Assembly (NCBI GenBank): GCA_965645245.1 | Contig: OZ287083.1 | Location: 496,001-560,000, forward strand | Source: Massalongia carnosa | Taxonomy: Eukaryota | Direction of reading: 5' to 3' | Length of the DNA stretch: 64,000 bases | Part shown: in pieces, positions 1-13,857 of the stretch | Position numbering within the stretch: the first letter of the stretch is position 1 | Layout: each line of letters opens with the position of its first letter | Program-made: the position numbers and the translations under genes | Notes under the pieces: generated by a model | The model's input: the letters and a program-made list of their open reading frames with translations, nothing else | What the model was told of the DNA's origin: nothing | The model's database searches: none

Positions 1-2385
1 GCGGGATTCACTGATTTTTTTTTCTCGAACTGTCACTGATAATGATTCATGGTGCACTGAGGGGTATTGGACATTGTTCCTCCAAACTGCCAGCGGCATT
101 GACGGGCTTTAGGAAACGCATAACCATCAGCTAATGATCCTAAAGAGAAATCCTACTAACTTTCATCTCTCATGCTCGGGAATGTAAGATACTCAAGCCC
201 TGTCTTTACTTCAGTAGAGCATTTTTCACATTAATGGCTCGTTTTTTCTTCTTTTTTTTCTTTCCTTCTTTCGTTTCTCTTCTTCTCCCCACTACAATAA
301 CAAAACCTTGACGTATGCACCAATGTGGTGAAAATCTAGAAGGGAAATGGTGATGGAACGCAAAGTTCATCCAAAACTGATTTGGTTTCATGAATGGGCT
401 CTTTCGCCTTTTGGCATCCAGAGTCTCTGCTTCTATTTAATTAGGTTCTTTAAAGTAATTGACATAAGGGGCTATGGAACGACAATCTTGTTCTTTTTGT
501 CCCAAGGCACAATCGATCGTTGTGACTGATGTAAACCGCCACACCCCCGCAGCTCCCTCGTGAGACTTCCGCCTGCCAGATCGAGGGTATGGGACGTGTT
601 GAAAGTGTGGATTCTACTACTGTACGGTTTGGGCGTTCATACACACTACGTGATACCTAGGGACGTTGAGAGGGGGAGGGGGGGTAGTTCCCTACATACC
701 TACCTATGAGAACCCTAAACTCAGACGCTCCTTACAAGAACGCATGTACGCCGATCGCATTCCATCCCAATATTTCCCTCTCTCCCCCACACCTTTAGAC
801 CCCCAAACGAATGTCGCACTTCTCCCCCCTTGTTTTCTATATCATTCCAGCAGCAGGTTCCTGCTGTAAGTTTCCATTTTTTCAGCGAGAGCAAAATGCT
901 AGCTTATTATATGTACTAGCTGGACTGATCATAAGCGGACTTGAGGGTATGGGTTGACTGACCGGGCTTAGATGGATGGATGAGTGGATTTTTTGAGGAG
1001 GAAGGGGGTTGGTGGAAGAGAATGTTTGGTACTGAGAGGGGTGGTTAGAGCTGGAGGACTAGGTCATCTTTATGCCTACCGAGTTATGGAATGTTTTGAG
1101 CTTATTCTGTATGCTAGGGGATATCAAGTTACAATTCTCCGAGGAAGGGATTTAGGGAGAATAGGGTTCCTGCTTTGAGCTGGTCCTTGGATGGAAATAC
1201 ATGATGGCGAAGGGATACAGATTTTACTCGCAGAGTGTTCCAATGATTTTGTCATGTTTTGTCAACGTAGTAAGGGATTTTGGTTGTGGTTATTTCATGG
1301 CCCCAGCTACAGCTAGGGAGCGATCACGGGGGTCCTGGTGGGGATATGGCAACGCGATGAACGGTTTAGGAGTCAGACAGGAGAGGTTGGTGATAATTCA
1401 ACTGTTTTACTTGGTTAATTCAACCGGTAGAATCCCGAGCGCCCTGAACTTTAACTTCAATCCTGTCACTGAATAAGCAGCCTAATACGGCGCTGATGTC
1501 TTTCTTATAAGACATAGTATATCAACCCAAACTACCTCATAGACGTCTGTCTTTGTGGAAGATTGCACTTTTCTTCCTTTATGAAATTAACCGTTTCAAC
1601 TACCTTGAAATCAATGTTCCTTATAGCCTTGTTGGCTCCGCCTCAAGTCCTCAGTATTATTCCCTTTTTATATCGTCTATCCTCCATAGCTATATGCGCA
1701 CGCGGCATTGCTTGAGCAGTTTCTGTTTTCCTGAATAACTTTATCATCATTTCTCCCTTCCTCCCTGGTATCGTTCCTAAGTGCTGCAGTATCTTCGTGT
1801 CTTGTGGTGAAACAAAAGGTCATAAAATCTCAACCTAGCAGCACAGATATACATATGGTCTTGATGCCTTAAGCCCTGCTTTTGATGTTTCGATTAGGAG
1901 TCGGAAAAAAGAAACCCTGACTAGATATGTGCCGAGTCAAGTCTAGCCAAGTTTTTCGACGATACACCTGATAGCTAGGGACGTTTCTTTGAAAACTTTG
2001 GCAGATATATCATCTACTATATCATACAACAGTAACAGCAAACAGACTCATCTACATCAATTCGCACAGCTTCAAGGTTTCCCATATGTGTCACATAGGC
2101 ACTGGGGTTTTCAGATTATCGGCATGGCATTTTCAGCGGCTCTGGACTCATCCTACAAGAGGTTGTTTCAAGTAAGAGCACCAATGATTAACGTTCATAT
2201 TATGTGCTTGTTTCAATGCTGTCATATCCCATCTCAAATCATGAAGAGGTACTGTTCAAAGTCCTCAACCAGGCTCGAATCTTAATCTTTACCACAGCCG
2301 TGGAACATCTACAAATAGCTCGAGGATGGGTTCTCTCGGGTGTAACGCAACGGGTTCTGTATCTCATCCTACTACCAGAATATTG

Positions 2386-3851
2386 ATGCATATGCTTCTC
2401 AGTACCTTCACGTATCTATCCATGCTACATGGTGCCTTTGGGCTTTTTGAATTCCCAGTTGCTCAGATATCTTATAATACGGCGAAATATACGGACAGCA
2501 GCTTCTATTGATTGAATGTAACAGTGCACTAAAGCTCGTATCTAGAGACGAGGAAGATTGGAGCTACTTCTGGGGTACCAACTTTGCGTTTCAAAAACCC
2601 ACATTAAAACCACCATATACATACTACAAGGAGACGGAGCCCTCTTTGTACCTTGATTTTAAGGAAGAGTATCGCCAATCTCGGGGTTACGACCCGAAAA
2701 GCTGACACTGGTATGCAGCCGCTACTCAGGACTGCAAGATCACCCTCTCGTTCGCGTATGCGACTACCGGCACTCTCGCTGAAATCCGAGTTTCGCTAAG
2801 CAAAATCAGAAGTTCATCTTCTTCCCTTTTTCCAAATAGGAAATGCATCAACCGTAAGGCATGGTGGAACAAGTTCTATACGACTGCGTTATTTATGATG
2901 TTGATTATTGGTATGAATGGAGAAAGTACCAGTTCGCTAACGACCACAAAGATGTTGGAGGTTATATCACGTACGAACTTGTAAGAAACGCTGGCTATTG
3001 GGTCTCCGATGCTGGTAAGAAGACGCTCAATCTATGTACGCTTCTCACGATAGGTGCTGATAAAGGCGCACTATGACCGCAACCTTTCATGACTATCACC
3101 GTGTCCGGTCCAAGTTCAGACGAACCTGAGCCTGGGAGCACTGATCATAGGATCCCTGCTGCCATCATTAAAGAATTATTTAAAGCGTCTTTACGAACGA
3201 GGCGTAAACAACCAAGCCATCCCAAATTCCATTTCCACCTTGTAGATCATAGAGCACCAACTAGTGGTCAAGCTGCCACTCGATGAAACTTGGGCTACAA
3301 GTGTTTCCACCAAAAAAGCAAAGTTTATTAATTTTAGTGGCCTCAATCCTACGTGCAAGCCTACGTTTGGGTATCCAAGTTTGGTCAGCGTCTGCATGTA
3401 GTGTGGGAGATTTCCACTGCCGGGAACGTGGAACTAAACTCACAAAATGGTCCTTGGATCAAGACGTCTGGTAACTGCGCTATTGCCATTGGGTTCCAAG
3501 GGGCGGTGGAGCTTGCCTGGGAAATGATTAAGACGGTGATAGCCTCGCTTCTCAAATAATGCTTAGAAGCGCCGAAAGCGCGGCATGTAGGAGGCATGAG
3601 TGTTAGTACTTTTAGAGGTGGTGATGCACCAAAAAGAGGTAAATGGAATCATTGTCTTTCAGACTGAAGAAGATGATACTGACGCGATTCCAGATGGGTC
3701 GGTTCCGTTTCCTGCCGAAATGGAGGTAGCTATCTACCAAGAAGACGATACTCATGGCCCGCTAACCAGCACTTGTGCTTGGAAGGTGATTTCAAGCCAT
3801 CAAGGTGATATCAGACGCTGTGCTAGGAAAACCCCACTTCCAAGGCGATAG
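2386..3851 (+). pseudogene. Degraded gene for a probable secreted protein
   Basis: Signal-peptide-like start (MHMLLSTFTYLSMLHGAFG) followed by a chain of short same-strand protein-like ORFs (2508-2705, 2861-3076, 3089-3286, 3353-3559, 3600-3851) broken by stops and frame changes. Boundaries are approximate. Confidence 0.35.
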
Positions 3852-4739
3852 CCTTATAAGACCTTGAGATGGAAGCGTATTTGTGGTACCTCCGGATAGA
3901 GGATGCAGCATAGAGGTTTTGTTTATTGAAATTCTCAACAGCTCTCTACGTTCTTTATTGATTAGCTCTGTCCTTGCAAGGAAAGGATCGATCATTCAAG
4001 GCAGCAAAAAAAAAAAAAGGGTGCAAATGACAGAACCCTGAAGCTGTCAATCCGAATGTCTTCTGATGCAGCAAATAAGAAACCTTCGAGGACTGCCTAC
4101 AGCTTTGAACACCCTACCTGATGAATAAAGGACCAGTTTCGCCAATCGTCAACGAAGACTCCCTCCGCCTCAACCACCTTATCCATCTCTTCCCATGATC
4201 TATGTTTGACCCCCCACCCAACGCAAGTAACCCGGCGGTATAATCGTTAAACGCCAAAAAAATGTGTGGCATGCATGTATGCAGTCAATTAATCCATCAA
4301 TGTCTACTCTCTTCGCAACTACTCAGCGATCAAATATCTAAGTTCCTAGCTGAGATCGATAGAATACAACCCCATGCAACGTATAGGAGCCCTCATAAGG
4401 AGTTTTTTGCAAATTTTTTTTTGAAGAGTGGCTTGGGGGAAGACCTGTTGGGGTGAGATTTAATTCTCACGAGCTTCAAACTTCCCAGGGAGGAAGGCCA
4501 GGCTGATGGGATTAATGTGACTAGGGGCTGTGAGGGGGTGGGAAAGGTATTTCCTTGACGTGGGTATGGGAATGAGGTATGTATTACCGCTCTTAACAAA
4601 ATCCGCGCTCGACAGAGGCATCCAGATGAACACAGCAACCCCACTCCCCTATTCCTCAATCCCCAACCTTTCACCATCATCATAACTCGCGTCTTGATTA
4701 TTCTGCCCATCCCCCTTATCGTTCCGATAGGTATTTGAA

Positions 4740-4996
4740 CCCCCCCCCCCCCCCCAAAACAAAATAAAACAAAACTATAAATTCCGTCTCTTCCCATCGT
4801 TGCGCAAGTCTCTTATCCGTCGCCGTCTAGTCTATGTATCTTTCATTCTTTCTCTCTCGCGCGCGCGCGAGAGAGAAAGAGTGCGTCCAGTGAAGGGGGG
4901 GGAGAAAAAAAGAAAGAAGAAAAAAAGGGGGGGGGGACTCTGGAACAGAGAGGAGATGAAAAGGTCAGAAGGAAGGTAGGTATTGTACGTTGGGCG

Positions 4997-5027
<31 letters not shown>

Positions 5028-5136
5028 GGGCTAGCTGGCTAGCTGAACAATCAATACACACTATATCGAGGTAGGTCATTAGTGAATGAGCAACTAAATG
5101 AATGAGAAGGGATACATACATACCCATTCATTCATT
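4740..5136. repeat. Simple-sequence cluster: poly-C, poly-G, (GA)n, (GGCT)n, (ATTC)n
   Basis: Directly visible runs downstream of the RRP42-like gene. Confidence 0.85.
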
Positions 5137-5381
5137 TCATTGCCAAAATAAGAAAGTTACGATAACGGTGATGGTGAGGGAAAGCCTCTTCATATTTCCG
5201 TTCATTGATTGACTACTGATTGACGGGAGCTGCGGCGGAGGAGAAATGAGGGAGCGAGCGAGTATAATTATCACCCTCTCCTTCCTTCCTTCCATGCACA
5301 ACCGACCGACCGACCGACCAACCCGGGTATGTATCTTGGCGAACAACGAAAGCGTCCACCCCCCCCCCCCTCCCCAGTTAG

Positions 5382-6650
5382 TTAGCCCGCTCCTGGCCAG
5401 CCCTCCAACCCGGCCAGAACCTCCTCCCCCACCCCCCCTGGATCCACCACCAAGGCAACCATCCTCGCCAAAATGGCCCTGCTGACACCGCCCCTCCGCC
5501 GCTTCCACCAGCCCTGCTCTCCTTCTCCCTCTCCCTCTGCCATCATCCCAGCTAGCTGCCTGCCCGGGGGCTCTACCGTTCTTACGGCCAGCAATCTAAC
5601 TCCTCTCGCTCCTTCCCGTTTCTTCTCATCATCATCCCCACCACCAACCCCCCCGCGACAAAAGCTAACTGCAACCACGGCGTCCGCGACCGCGAGCTCC
5701 TCCCTCGACGGATCGAAGAACACGTTCTCACCTACCGCCATGACAAGCACAGTGACGGGGGGCCGCGCGGGGGGCGCGTATAGCGGGAGGGCGGCGGCCC
5801 AGTCGTCGGCGAAGAGGGGGTCGTCGGTGGGGGAGGAGATAGGGGCGGGGAGCCGCGTGGTGAGGAGGGCGAGGTGGACGGTCAGCGAGAGGAGCGGGAG
5901 GGGATAGCTGTGGGGGGGGGAGAGGAGAAGGATCTGTATACGAGAGAAGTTAACTTGGGGGGGTGGAAGCAATAAGCCCGAACACGCAGCGATGGGTGTG
6001 CGGCCCGTAGTGAGAGTGAGAGATTCCCACGCAAAAACATGCGGAAGCCTCATGATGCTCGTGAGACAGCCGGAACAAAACCAAAAAAAAGGAAAATAGG
6101 TATCACGTACATCAACAAATAACCTCCAATGCCACCTCTCCCCCAGCCTCAGTCTCTCTCTTAACCCCCCACCCCCTCCATCATCACCTACCAAGCCTTC
6201 CCAAAGCACCTGTTCTAGAAACCCCATCGCGGTCTCCCCACCCCCACCTCCACCCCGCTGTTGCTGCTGCTGCTGTTGGCCCGCCACCTCGACCGTAACC
6301 TCCACCCACGAATCTTCCCCTCCTCCTTTTCTCCCTTCTTTTTCGTCTCCTTCCCGCATACCTACTATCCCCGTACCTCCTCCAGCCACTCTTCCCACTC
6401 CAGCAAGCTCGCCACCACTCCCGACAGTCCTTTCGACATCCGCGCGCACGCTGACGATAGCTTCGGTGCCGTCGGCGAAGCAGATGCGCGCGCTGCCGTT
6501 GGCGGCGGGGAGGAGGTCGGTTTCGGCGAGGAGGGGCCGGAAGGAGGTGGGAGTGCGGGCGTCGGGGCGGATAGGCGGACGGAGAGAGAGGGAGGCGTGT
6601 AGGTAGGCGAGATGGGGGGGAGAGAGGAGGGAGGTGTGGGCTGGGGGCAT
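5382..6650 (-). CDS. RRP42: Exosome complex RNase PH-like subunit Rrp42
   Basis: N-terminus LLSPPHLAYLHASLSLRPPIRPDAR...TDLLPAANGSARICFADGTEAIVSVRADV, then WHWRLFVD/ILLLSPPHSYPLPLLSLT and FFDPSREELAVAD. Likely ATG at 6650 and one intron at 6110-5934 (GTACGT...TACAG). Confidence 0.85.
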   Translation of the reverse strand: MPPAHTSLLSPPHLAYLHASLSLRPPIRPDARTPTSFRPLLAETDLLPAANGSARICFADGTEAIVSVRADVERTVGSGGELAGVGRVAGGGTGIVGMREGDEKEGRKGGGEDSWVEVTVEVAGQQQQQQQRGGGGGGETAMGFLEQVLWEGLVGDDGGGGGLRERLRLGERWHWRLFVDVRDTYFPFFWFCSGCLTSIMRLPHVFAWESLTLTTGRTPIAACSGLLLPPPQVNFSRIQILLLSPPHSYPLPLLSLTVHLALLTTRLPAPISSPTDDPLFADDWAAALPLYAPPARPPVTVLVMAVGENVFFDPSREELAVADAVVAVSFCRGGVGGGDDDEKKREGARGVRLLAVRTVEPPGRQLAGMMAEGEGEGEQGWWKRRRGGVSRAILARMVALVVDPGGVGEEVLAGLEGWPGAG

Positions 6651-7567
6651 GTTTTGTTTTGGTGTTTTTAGTTGTTCTTTTAAAGGAAAGGAGGGGAAGG
6701 GGAAGGGGGGAGAGGGTTTCGTTATGGGCACATAACTAATGTAGCGGGATAGTGGGTTTTGGAGAGAGAGAGAGGGAGGAACGGGGATCCTAGGGAAGTT
6801 TAGGTAATTTTGGGTGTTGTTGCTGGAATTGGTTTGTTTGTAAATGGAAGATTTGTAGCCTAGGAGACTTATTTAAATCGCAATAACTGCGTGCCAGAGA
6901 ATTCATTACTCGAAACACCGACATTGATTATTTCATATGTTAACTAATGTCATGCTTGAAGAGGCCGCTATATAATAGAACAAAAGAGACCGAGCAATTT
7001 GGCAATGCTTCCATTTCCCCTACTATTTACAAGTGAGCCTGCGCCGTAAATTTAGTAAGGCTAACCTCCCATCTACGAACCCTCTTCAATGATGGTGAGA
7101 AAGATATTTTACAATCCCCAAAGACGATAAAGAGATGTCGGTAGCTGTAGATAGCGTGAGCGAATGTAGCACAAGATAGCAAATGGTGTCCGTGATGGAA
7201 GGTGTGAGCTCAGCCGGAAGCTTGGCCTTTTTAAATAAGAAATTAAGAGTAGGTAAATGGTAAAGCTGGCAACGCGAAGCCTGGAAAGTTCTATAACAGG
7301 CCACCGGGGTATGAAGCGCATATCAAAAGCAAAAAGCAAAGATCGAGAGGTAGATTGGATAGCTCCGTAAGATGGCTAACGCCCCAAAATTCTTCTGATA
7401 GGTACCAAAAGCCTGTCCGGTGCTGCTGACCGCTGCCGTGCCTGACGGAAAGCGGATCGGATCGTGTGAGGAATAATGAATCAGAGCGTAACTGCATCCA
7501 CGTTGCGGAAGCCGACAATGTTATTATAGCGTACGCGTTGGAGGGGGGATTTTTATGCTTAGTTTTA

Positions 7568-10148
7568 TCACCGGTAAGCTGAGCCCGCTGCGAAGATGCT
7601 GGCAGCGGCGGCTGTAGCCCATTCGTTCTCTTCATAAGGTGGCGTTGACCACTTGGTACTGTTTTCCTTTGGTGGGATCTTGGATATACTTAGGGGAGTG
7701 ATAGGTTCTCCCATAAGATTCTGACTGAAAAGTATGCCGTTCCGTTTGGCAGAATTAGACGGTGTCGGATAAGGGTTCAATGAGACCTCGTTGCTGTTTG
7801 ACGGTTGTAAGGGCTGTCTAGTTTTTTCTTTGGTAACAAGGGTACTGCGATGGCTCTCGGTCTCTCCTACCTTCCGCTTCTCAATGCCCTTAGGCAATTT
7901 CTGGGCGCTATTCAAAGCCTCATGTAGGAGCTCATCCTCCTCGTCTGGAGTTTCGTACATCTGAGCCGGTTGGGTTGATATATGAAGCGCTCGTCGAGTC
8001 CGACTCGAGACTGGACCGGTGCTACCGCCTGGTGTGTGAGCAGCATCTAAAATACGGGGGATTTGTCCCTCAGGCATTCTTTGGTGGCGATCAGGAGCAG
8101 GGCTTGGACTACTACCTGCGGGATTGTAGCTACCCTTTTGCACCTGCGGGGATGGTGACCCCTCTACCACATATCGGTTGTTTTGAAAGGTTTTGTCGAT
8201 CTCGGGTAGGTTCTTCTTCATAACCGTCTCCATGCTAGAATCTATGATCATGGACGACCGATTGCTCTGCCATGGTCCACAGCCCGCGTTGGCTTCAACA
8301 TCGTCCAAAGATGGGGATAATGGGGCTTGAGGACGTCCGGAAAGCCTTCGAGCCTTTTTCCTCAGGTGGGAAAAGAAACTCTCCTTGTGATAGCCACTGG
8401 GTGACATCGAGTCCCGGTTCCCATTTAAAGCTCGCTCGGCCTCTTGACGATGGCTGTCGCCATAGTGATTTCCATTCGAAGCAACGGATAATTGCCGCCC
8501 TATTTTCCTAGACGACTTGGTATCCGCAATAGAGTTGGCATTGGAATTTTGACCAGCGCCATTGGCTGCAAGCCTACCATGTGCTTGCGCTGTCACAGTA
8601 TCAGAGAATGGAGAAATAGGCCGAATAGATGGGAGAATTGGCATTGGCGCTCCACTCGAAGGAGTAACTCCATTCGTCCATGTCGCTCTTTTGCTTGCAA
8701 ATGGACGGCTCTTAGTGGTCGTCGTAATAGCCGAGCTTGAATTGGCGTGAACCAAATTTGTGTGGATAGCTGGAGATCCAGACGAACTAGTTTGAGATTT
8801 GGTGTTTGATGGAGGAATAGCTGGCATGCTTTCTCTTGCAATGAGTGATTTTCGGAACCAGGAAGCCTTGGTGGATAATGGCGGCCGATCGCTCGACTCG
8901 CTGTTTGGTTTAGATTCTATACTCGAGTGCTTCTTGCCTAGAAGTCGTGTCGTGGAGGATCGGGGACGTAGAGGATCCACCGCGTCCGCAAAGTACTCGT
9001 GGCTCATTGCCTGCGCCGATGTAGGACGATTTCGTGGATCCCACATCAAGCACCATGTGACAAAATTACTCAGCGCAACTGGCCATTGAGGTGGTCGAAG
9101 GATTGTTTCCATGGAATGCGGAGCCATCTAGATTGTAATCAGCAACTTGTTATAATGCTAATGAGAAAGAATCGTACCTTAGGGAAAGAGAATCCCAGCT
9201 TCTGAGCCAAACGGGTCCCCTCCCTCCAGTCCCCGCCTCCAACCTTGTTACCAGATTTATCGTACCAGTTACCAGGACTCCCCATAATCTCGCATACTCT
9301 CCATACCTGATCTACCTCATTGCCTCCCGGGAAGAGAGGTTTGAGGTTGGCTATCTCTACGGCCATCGCACCTATGGCCCAAATATCGACCGGAGCCGAA
9401 TATTCACCTGCTCGAAGTAGAACCTCAGGAGCACGATACCATCTGGTCGACACATACGTTGTATATGGATGTTGTGAATGAGTTTCACGAGCCAGACCGA
9501 AATCTGCAATCTTGATGGAATATGAAGGGGGCGTGCTGGGTGGTGTGACTAGCGTGGAATATCTTTTGAATGTAGTAGCTGATTCTTGAGGTGCAGAAGA
9601 AGTTACTAAAATATTCTCTGGCTTGATGTCCCTATGAAAGAAACTGTGACCATGAATGTGATTCAGCCCAGAAAGTATTTGGAACAGTATGCTTTTGACG
9701 CTGGCGTTATCCAAGCATTTGTGATCTCTTGCTTTCATGAGCTGATACAAGTTCCCGTCCATATATTCCATGCAGATGTGGAGCTTCTTGGTGGTTGGGT
9801 CCAGGAAAATATCCAGAGCAGGCACCAAATGAGCGTGGTTGGGCAGCGTACGTAGAAATATAACTTCCCGAAGTTCCAAACATGGCGCCATCGATTCAAA
9901 GGTTTTTTTCATCGTCTTAATTGCAATCTGGGATATTATAAGCTCATGTAAACCATTTTTGATGAAGCACATACCACGCTACCTCTTCGAGCAACATGGG
10001 CGCCAGCGGTACGAACACGAGCCAGCACCACGCTACCAAAACTCCCATCTCCAATGTCCTTGAGAACTTCAAATTTGTCTTCCAGACAACCTGCGGACGG
10101 TGCCCCGCTTGACGATCTTCGCGTTTGAATATCTTGGCTGACCGTCAT
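7568..10148 (-). CDS. IME2: Ime2/ImeB-family Ser/Thr kinase (MAK/ICK-like)
   Basis: IGDGSFGSV, IAIK, HRDIKPEN, DFG and the activation loop PYTTYVSTRWYRAPE (TxY), followed by a long S/P-rich tail. Exons 10148-9975, 9927-9178, 9127-7568 with GT-AG introns of 47 and 50 nt. Confidence 0.95.
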
Positions 10149-11702
10149 CTTTGTTGATTCGAGATTATGGAAAAACTGATTGGTTTTCACAATAAGCTCG
10201 TCTTCTACTCTCTTGCACAGCTCTTAAAAAGATGCTGAAGATCGCAGGCCTCGTTTACGATCACTTCCAACAACCTTTGAGGAGCTAGGTGAAAAAAGGT
10301 AGCGCTTATATTAATTGTGCTGTCAGAACTGTTCTCATCTCTTCTCCCTTATTGCCTGTAGCAACCAGTTTACCAATCGAACTTGTAGAATTATTTTGCA
10401 GCACCGAATTGCTACTACCGGCCCGCCCGAACTGAGAATGTACTGTAGGATCCCGATGACATCGACGAGGCTGGTATTCCAGTTTTGTTGCTAACGTGAT
10501 TTTGGTTCAGGCCAACAATAGAGTGATTGTCGGTGTCACCTTGGTTGCGTGGGCTTGGGATGGGTGCGGCTGGAACTTGGCTTCAGCATAAACTCTAACA
10601 ACAGGGCTCTTCGCCAGCGGCTGTTCAAAGCAATTCCCCAGCAGTACAGCAACGTACCAAAATGCTTTGCTTTGGGTTGACCACCGGGTTGAGCTGGAAA
10701 AATGTGCGAATCCGCAGTTTGTCTAAAACGTGAATTGGTGTAAATGGAAGGCCAATTGTTACAGTTGCAGAACGGATAGTATTCGATCAGAGCGAGGGAT
10801 TATGCGAACCCTGAACAAGGGAGGTTGTAGGTGGAAGATGTTGGCGTTGATGTTTGGTAGGAAGCCGGCACTTGTAGAAAGCAGGGTGTGCGATCAGCCA
10901 GGGTAGGTAGCTAATAACCCCCAATTTTGGCAAGCAAGGAGCGAGGATCAAACGGAACTAACGAAGTGAGTAATGACACGAATCTTTTGAGCGACATAGA
11001 TTATTGAACCATTAGGGGATGAAGAAGAGAAAGATTAAGATGTGTAGGGGCAATACGCGGTCGTTAGTAGCATCATGCGATGATGGGCGGAGTTGAGGGT
11101 GGTAGCTATGACGGTTGAATTTGCGTGGGGGAGAGATGGGATGTGAAGCTGACTGGAAAGGGTAGGAAAGGAAATGCAGCGGCGGGATTATTTTCGCGTG
11201 AAAACGTGGTTGCCAGCTAAAGGGACAAAAAAGCGACCCTAAGGCCCTAAGGAACTCTAAGGGAGTCTAATCGAGTCCAGGGAGGGTTTAGCAGGTTTAA
11301 GAGTCAACTACACTTCATCTTACTTCATGCTAAAACTCACCCAATCGGGGATGATAAAGGGGAAAAACCCGCCGTATCGCCTAACACTGATCCTAAGATT
11401 CCCTAGCTGATCGAATTCATCGTCCATGGATGCTTGGCGGGTTTAACTAGTTTCTCAAGATCTCAAGAGTTTTTCTTAACCTCATAAAGCCAGCGTGGTG
11501 AATTCCATTTTAGTATGTGTATGATCTATGGGGAGGCTGGGTACAGTTGACTAGTTAACCCTCCCGCGTTCCTGGCTCATGGCTGGTGTGATACTTTCCC
11601 TGGAGTCTCAACATGGTACAGAGGAATCCGCACCTCCAGAAAGGATATCTATCTGTCCTCCGTATGAAAGTATATCATTCTCTATCTTCAGCGTACTCAG
11701 CG

Positions 11703-11761
11703 TACTCTGTATCCCTTACTCTGTATCCCTTACTCTGTATCCCTTACTCTGTATCCCTTAC
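11703..11761. repeat. 14-bp minisatellite (TACTCTGTATCCCT) x4
   Basis: Four perfect tandem units plus a partial fifth. Confidence 0.95.
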
Positions 11762-13303
11762 CAGCTTGCACTATACCCTTCATAGACTACGTACTAAATA
11801 ATACTACGCACTAAATACTACAGCGGCTTGCTGTCCTTTCCATGTGCTGATGATGCAAGCGGTGGCAGTCAAGCCCTGTGGACTGAGAATGGAGCGATGC
11901 AATGGTGCAGCGTGTGCAGCGTGCATGCATAGGGGGCAAAGCCCCCTTTATCCTTTCACTATCGTTCCTGGCCCGACCCGTATGTGCGCGTGAAGGATGC
12001 AAGACTATCACAAAACAAGGATAGCACCCATGTCAGACTCCTTCCCACGGATCCTGGTCGGATCGAGTGGTCCCTGATTATCCCATTGGCAGACATGCAG
12101 ACCGCCTTGGAAGCAAACGGTGATTGGCTTGACAGTTGGGCCATGACAGACTGTGAGTGAACGGCGTCGGGGCTTACGGGAACCCAATGATCTGGAATGC
12201 GGGAGCCGCTTTGCGGATCTATACTTTAGTCTCTCGTCGAATGCAGACATACTATCAAACACCCATTTGATATTCGAGAAACAATGGCGTAGGAAAGACC
12301 ACAGTCCATATCAGCAAGGCAAACAAGTTTTGCATATCGGTTACGGGGTACAGTACTTGGTTCGAACATCGCTCTTGATGTTCATCCAAAACCAACCACA
12401 ACGCAGAGATTGCGCAGTCTTTGGTGGATTGGTTGCCTTTCTTTTGGTCATACTATTTCTCCATGTTAGCGAATTTAGGCCTGGATTTTAGCATGAAGGT
12501 TAGCGTGAGCAGCCAACCACGAAGGACAAAAGCGGGGGAGTGAAGATCAATCATCGCCCAGACTAGCGAGTGATCATCCGAGGATATGCCACTGACAACC
12601 CGAATGTCGGGATGCCTGACTCTTTTCAATCGATCCCTAATCTTCAAACTGATACTTCGTATTCGTCTTCAGTTGTGTTTACTTGATCCGATGAACCTTG
12701 AACGTTTCTGCTGATCCGGCAGTGCGGAAGAGCAGGCGGAGAGAGACAGAAAGATGACGTGCAGCCTTAGAGAAAGAGGGCCTCCAACCGAGAAGGGCCT
12801 CTAGTTATTGCCACGCACTTCGTTCGCCTAGCTCGCATATGTAACAACGAACGCTCAATCAAACCAATAACGAAAGAAGTGCGCCCCTTTATGTCATTGA
12901 TTGAGTTCCATTTGCATTGCAAGTAAGACTCAATCTGTTCTGCAAGGACCAATATAGTTATTCATGTTTTCTTTGACCGCTAAATTCAATTTATGCAATA
13001 CTTCGACAGAACGCAAAATATCTTATGCTCAACGGCTCAGGCTGACTACTTTTTAAATTGTTGGTGAGGATGAAAAAAGCCGTTTGCAAACTCCTTGGTG
13101 CCGAAAGAGTTAAAATTGCGTAGGTGGTGGAGAACTCTAGAATGAAAACGGAATTGCATGCTATATGAACGATTCTGAACATGATTAGGCAGATACAGAG
13201 TACCCTATACTTAGAAGTAAAAATGATATCACCGTTGGTACTCTAATGTTGGGGTGTTTTAATTACACGAGGAAATCTACTTCGTACAAGTCATTTCTAC
13301 TAT

Positions 13304-13857
13304 GAAGCCCCTCCAGATTAACCTGTTTCGCTAAGTTCCTTCGGATTAGCGTCACAGCTGACTAACATGGCTGCGATAGCACGTTTTGAGCGCAAAACTA
13401 AAATTACGATCAAATATTCATAATAAATCGTGTACTATTCGAGTTTTTGATGATTGACTCTTTTCACTTGCACGATCTGATTATTCAAAGAATTAAAATA
13501 GAAATCGTACGAGAAGGTTCATGAAACTCCTAGTCGTTGCAAAGTTCATGGGGGATAATCTGATTGCACTTCGCATACAAATGAAGACGTATGTAAAATT
13601 GCTTTGCATGTTGTAAACATGAATAAACCGTTGAAATTGATAACGAAAGAAGCAATAATAGATTGATCATGGCCATATCAAGCGATGACGATGTCATAAA
13701 CATGAAAATAATGAAAATGTGACGTTGTTTTGTGAGATCGAAATCATCATCGTCCTGATCATTAAAGCCATATCTGACTGTAATCTTGAGTTTTGCGCTT
13801 AAACGAAGATGATGCGTGGGGGCTTAACGTTCTGTAAGGATAATCTGAAGGGGCTTA
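13304..13857. mobile_element. Degenerate MITE-like non-autonomous TIR element (~550 bp)
   Basis: Left AAGCCCCTCCAGATTAACC matches the reverse complement of the right end (AAGCCCCTTCAGATTATCC). A second inverted block GCGCAAAACT lies at ~13390 and ~13790. The interior is AT-rich and non-coding. No clear TSD. Confidence 0.55.
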
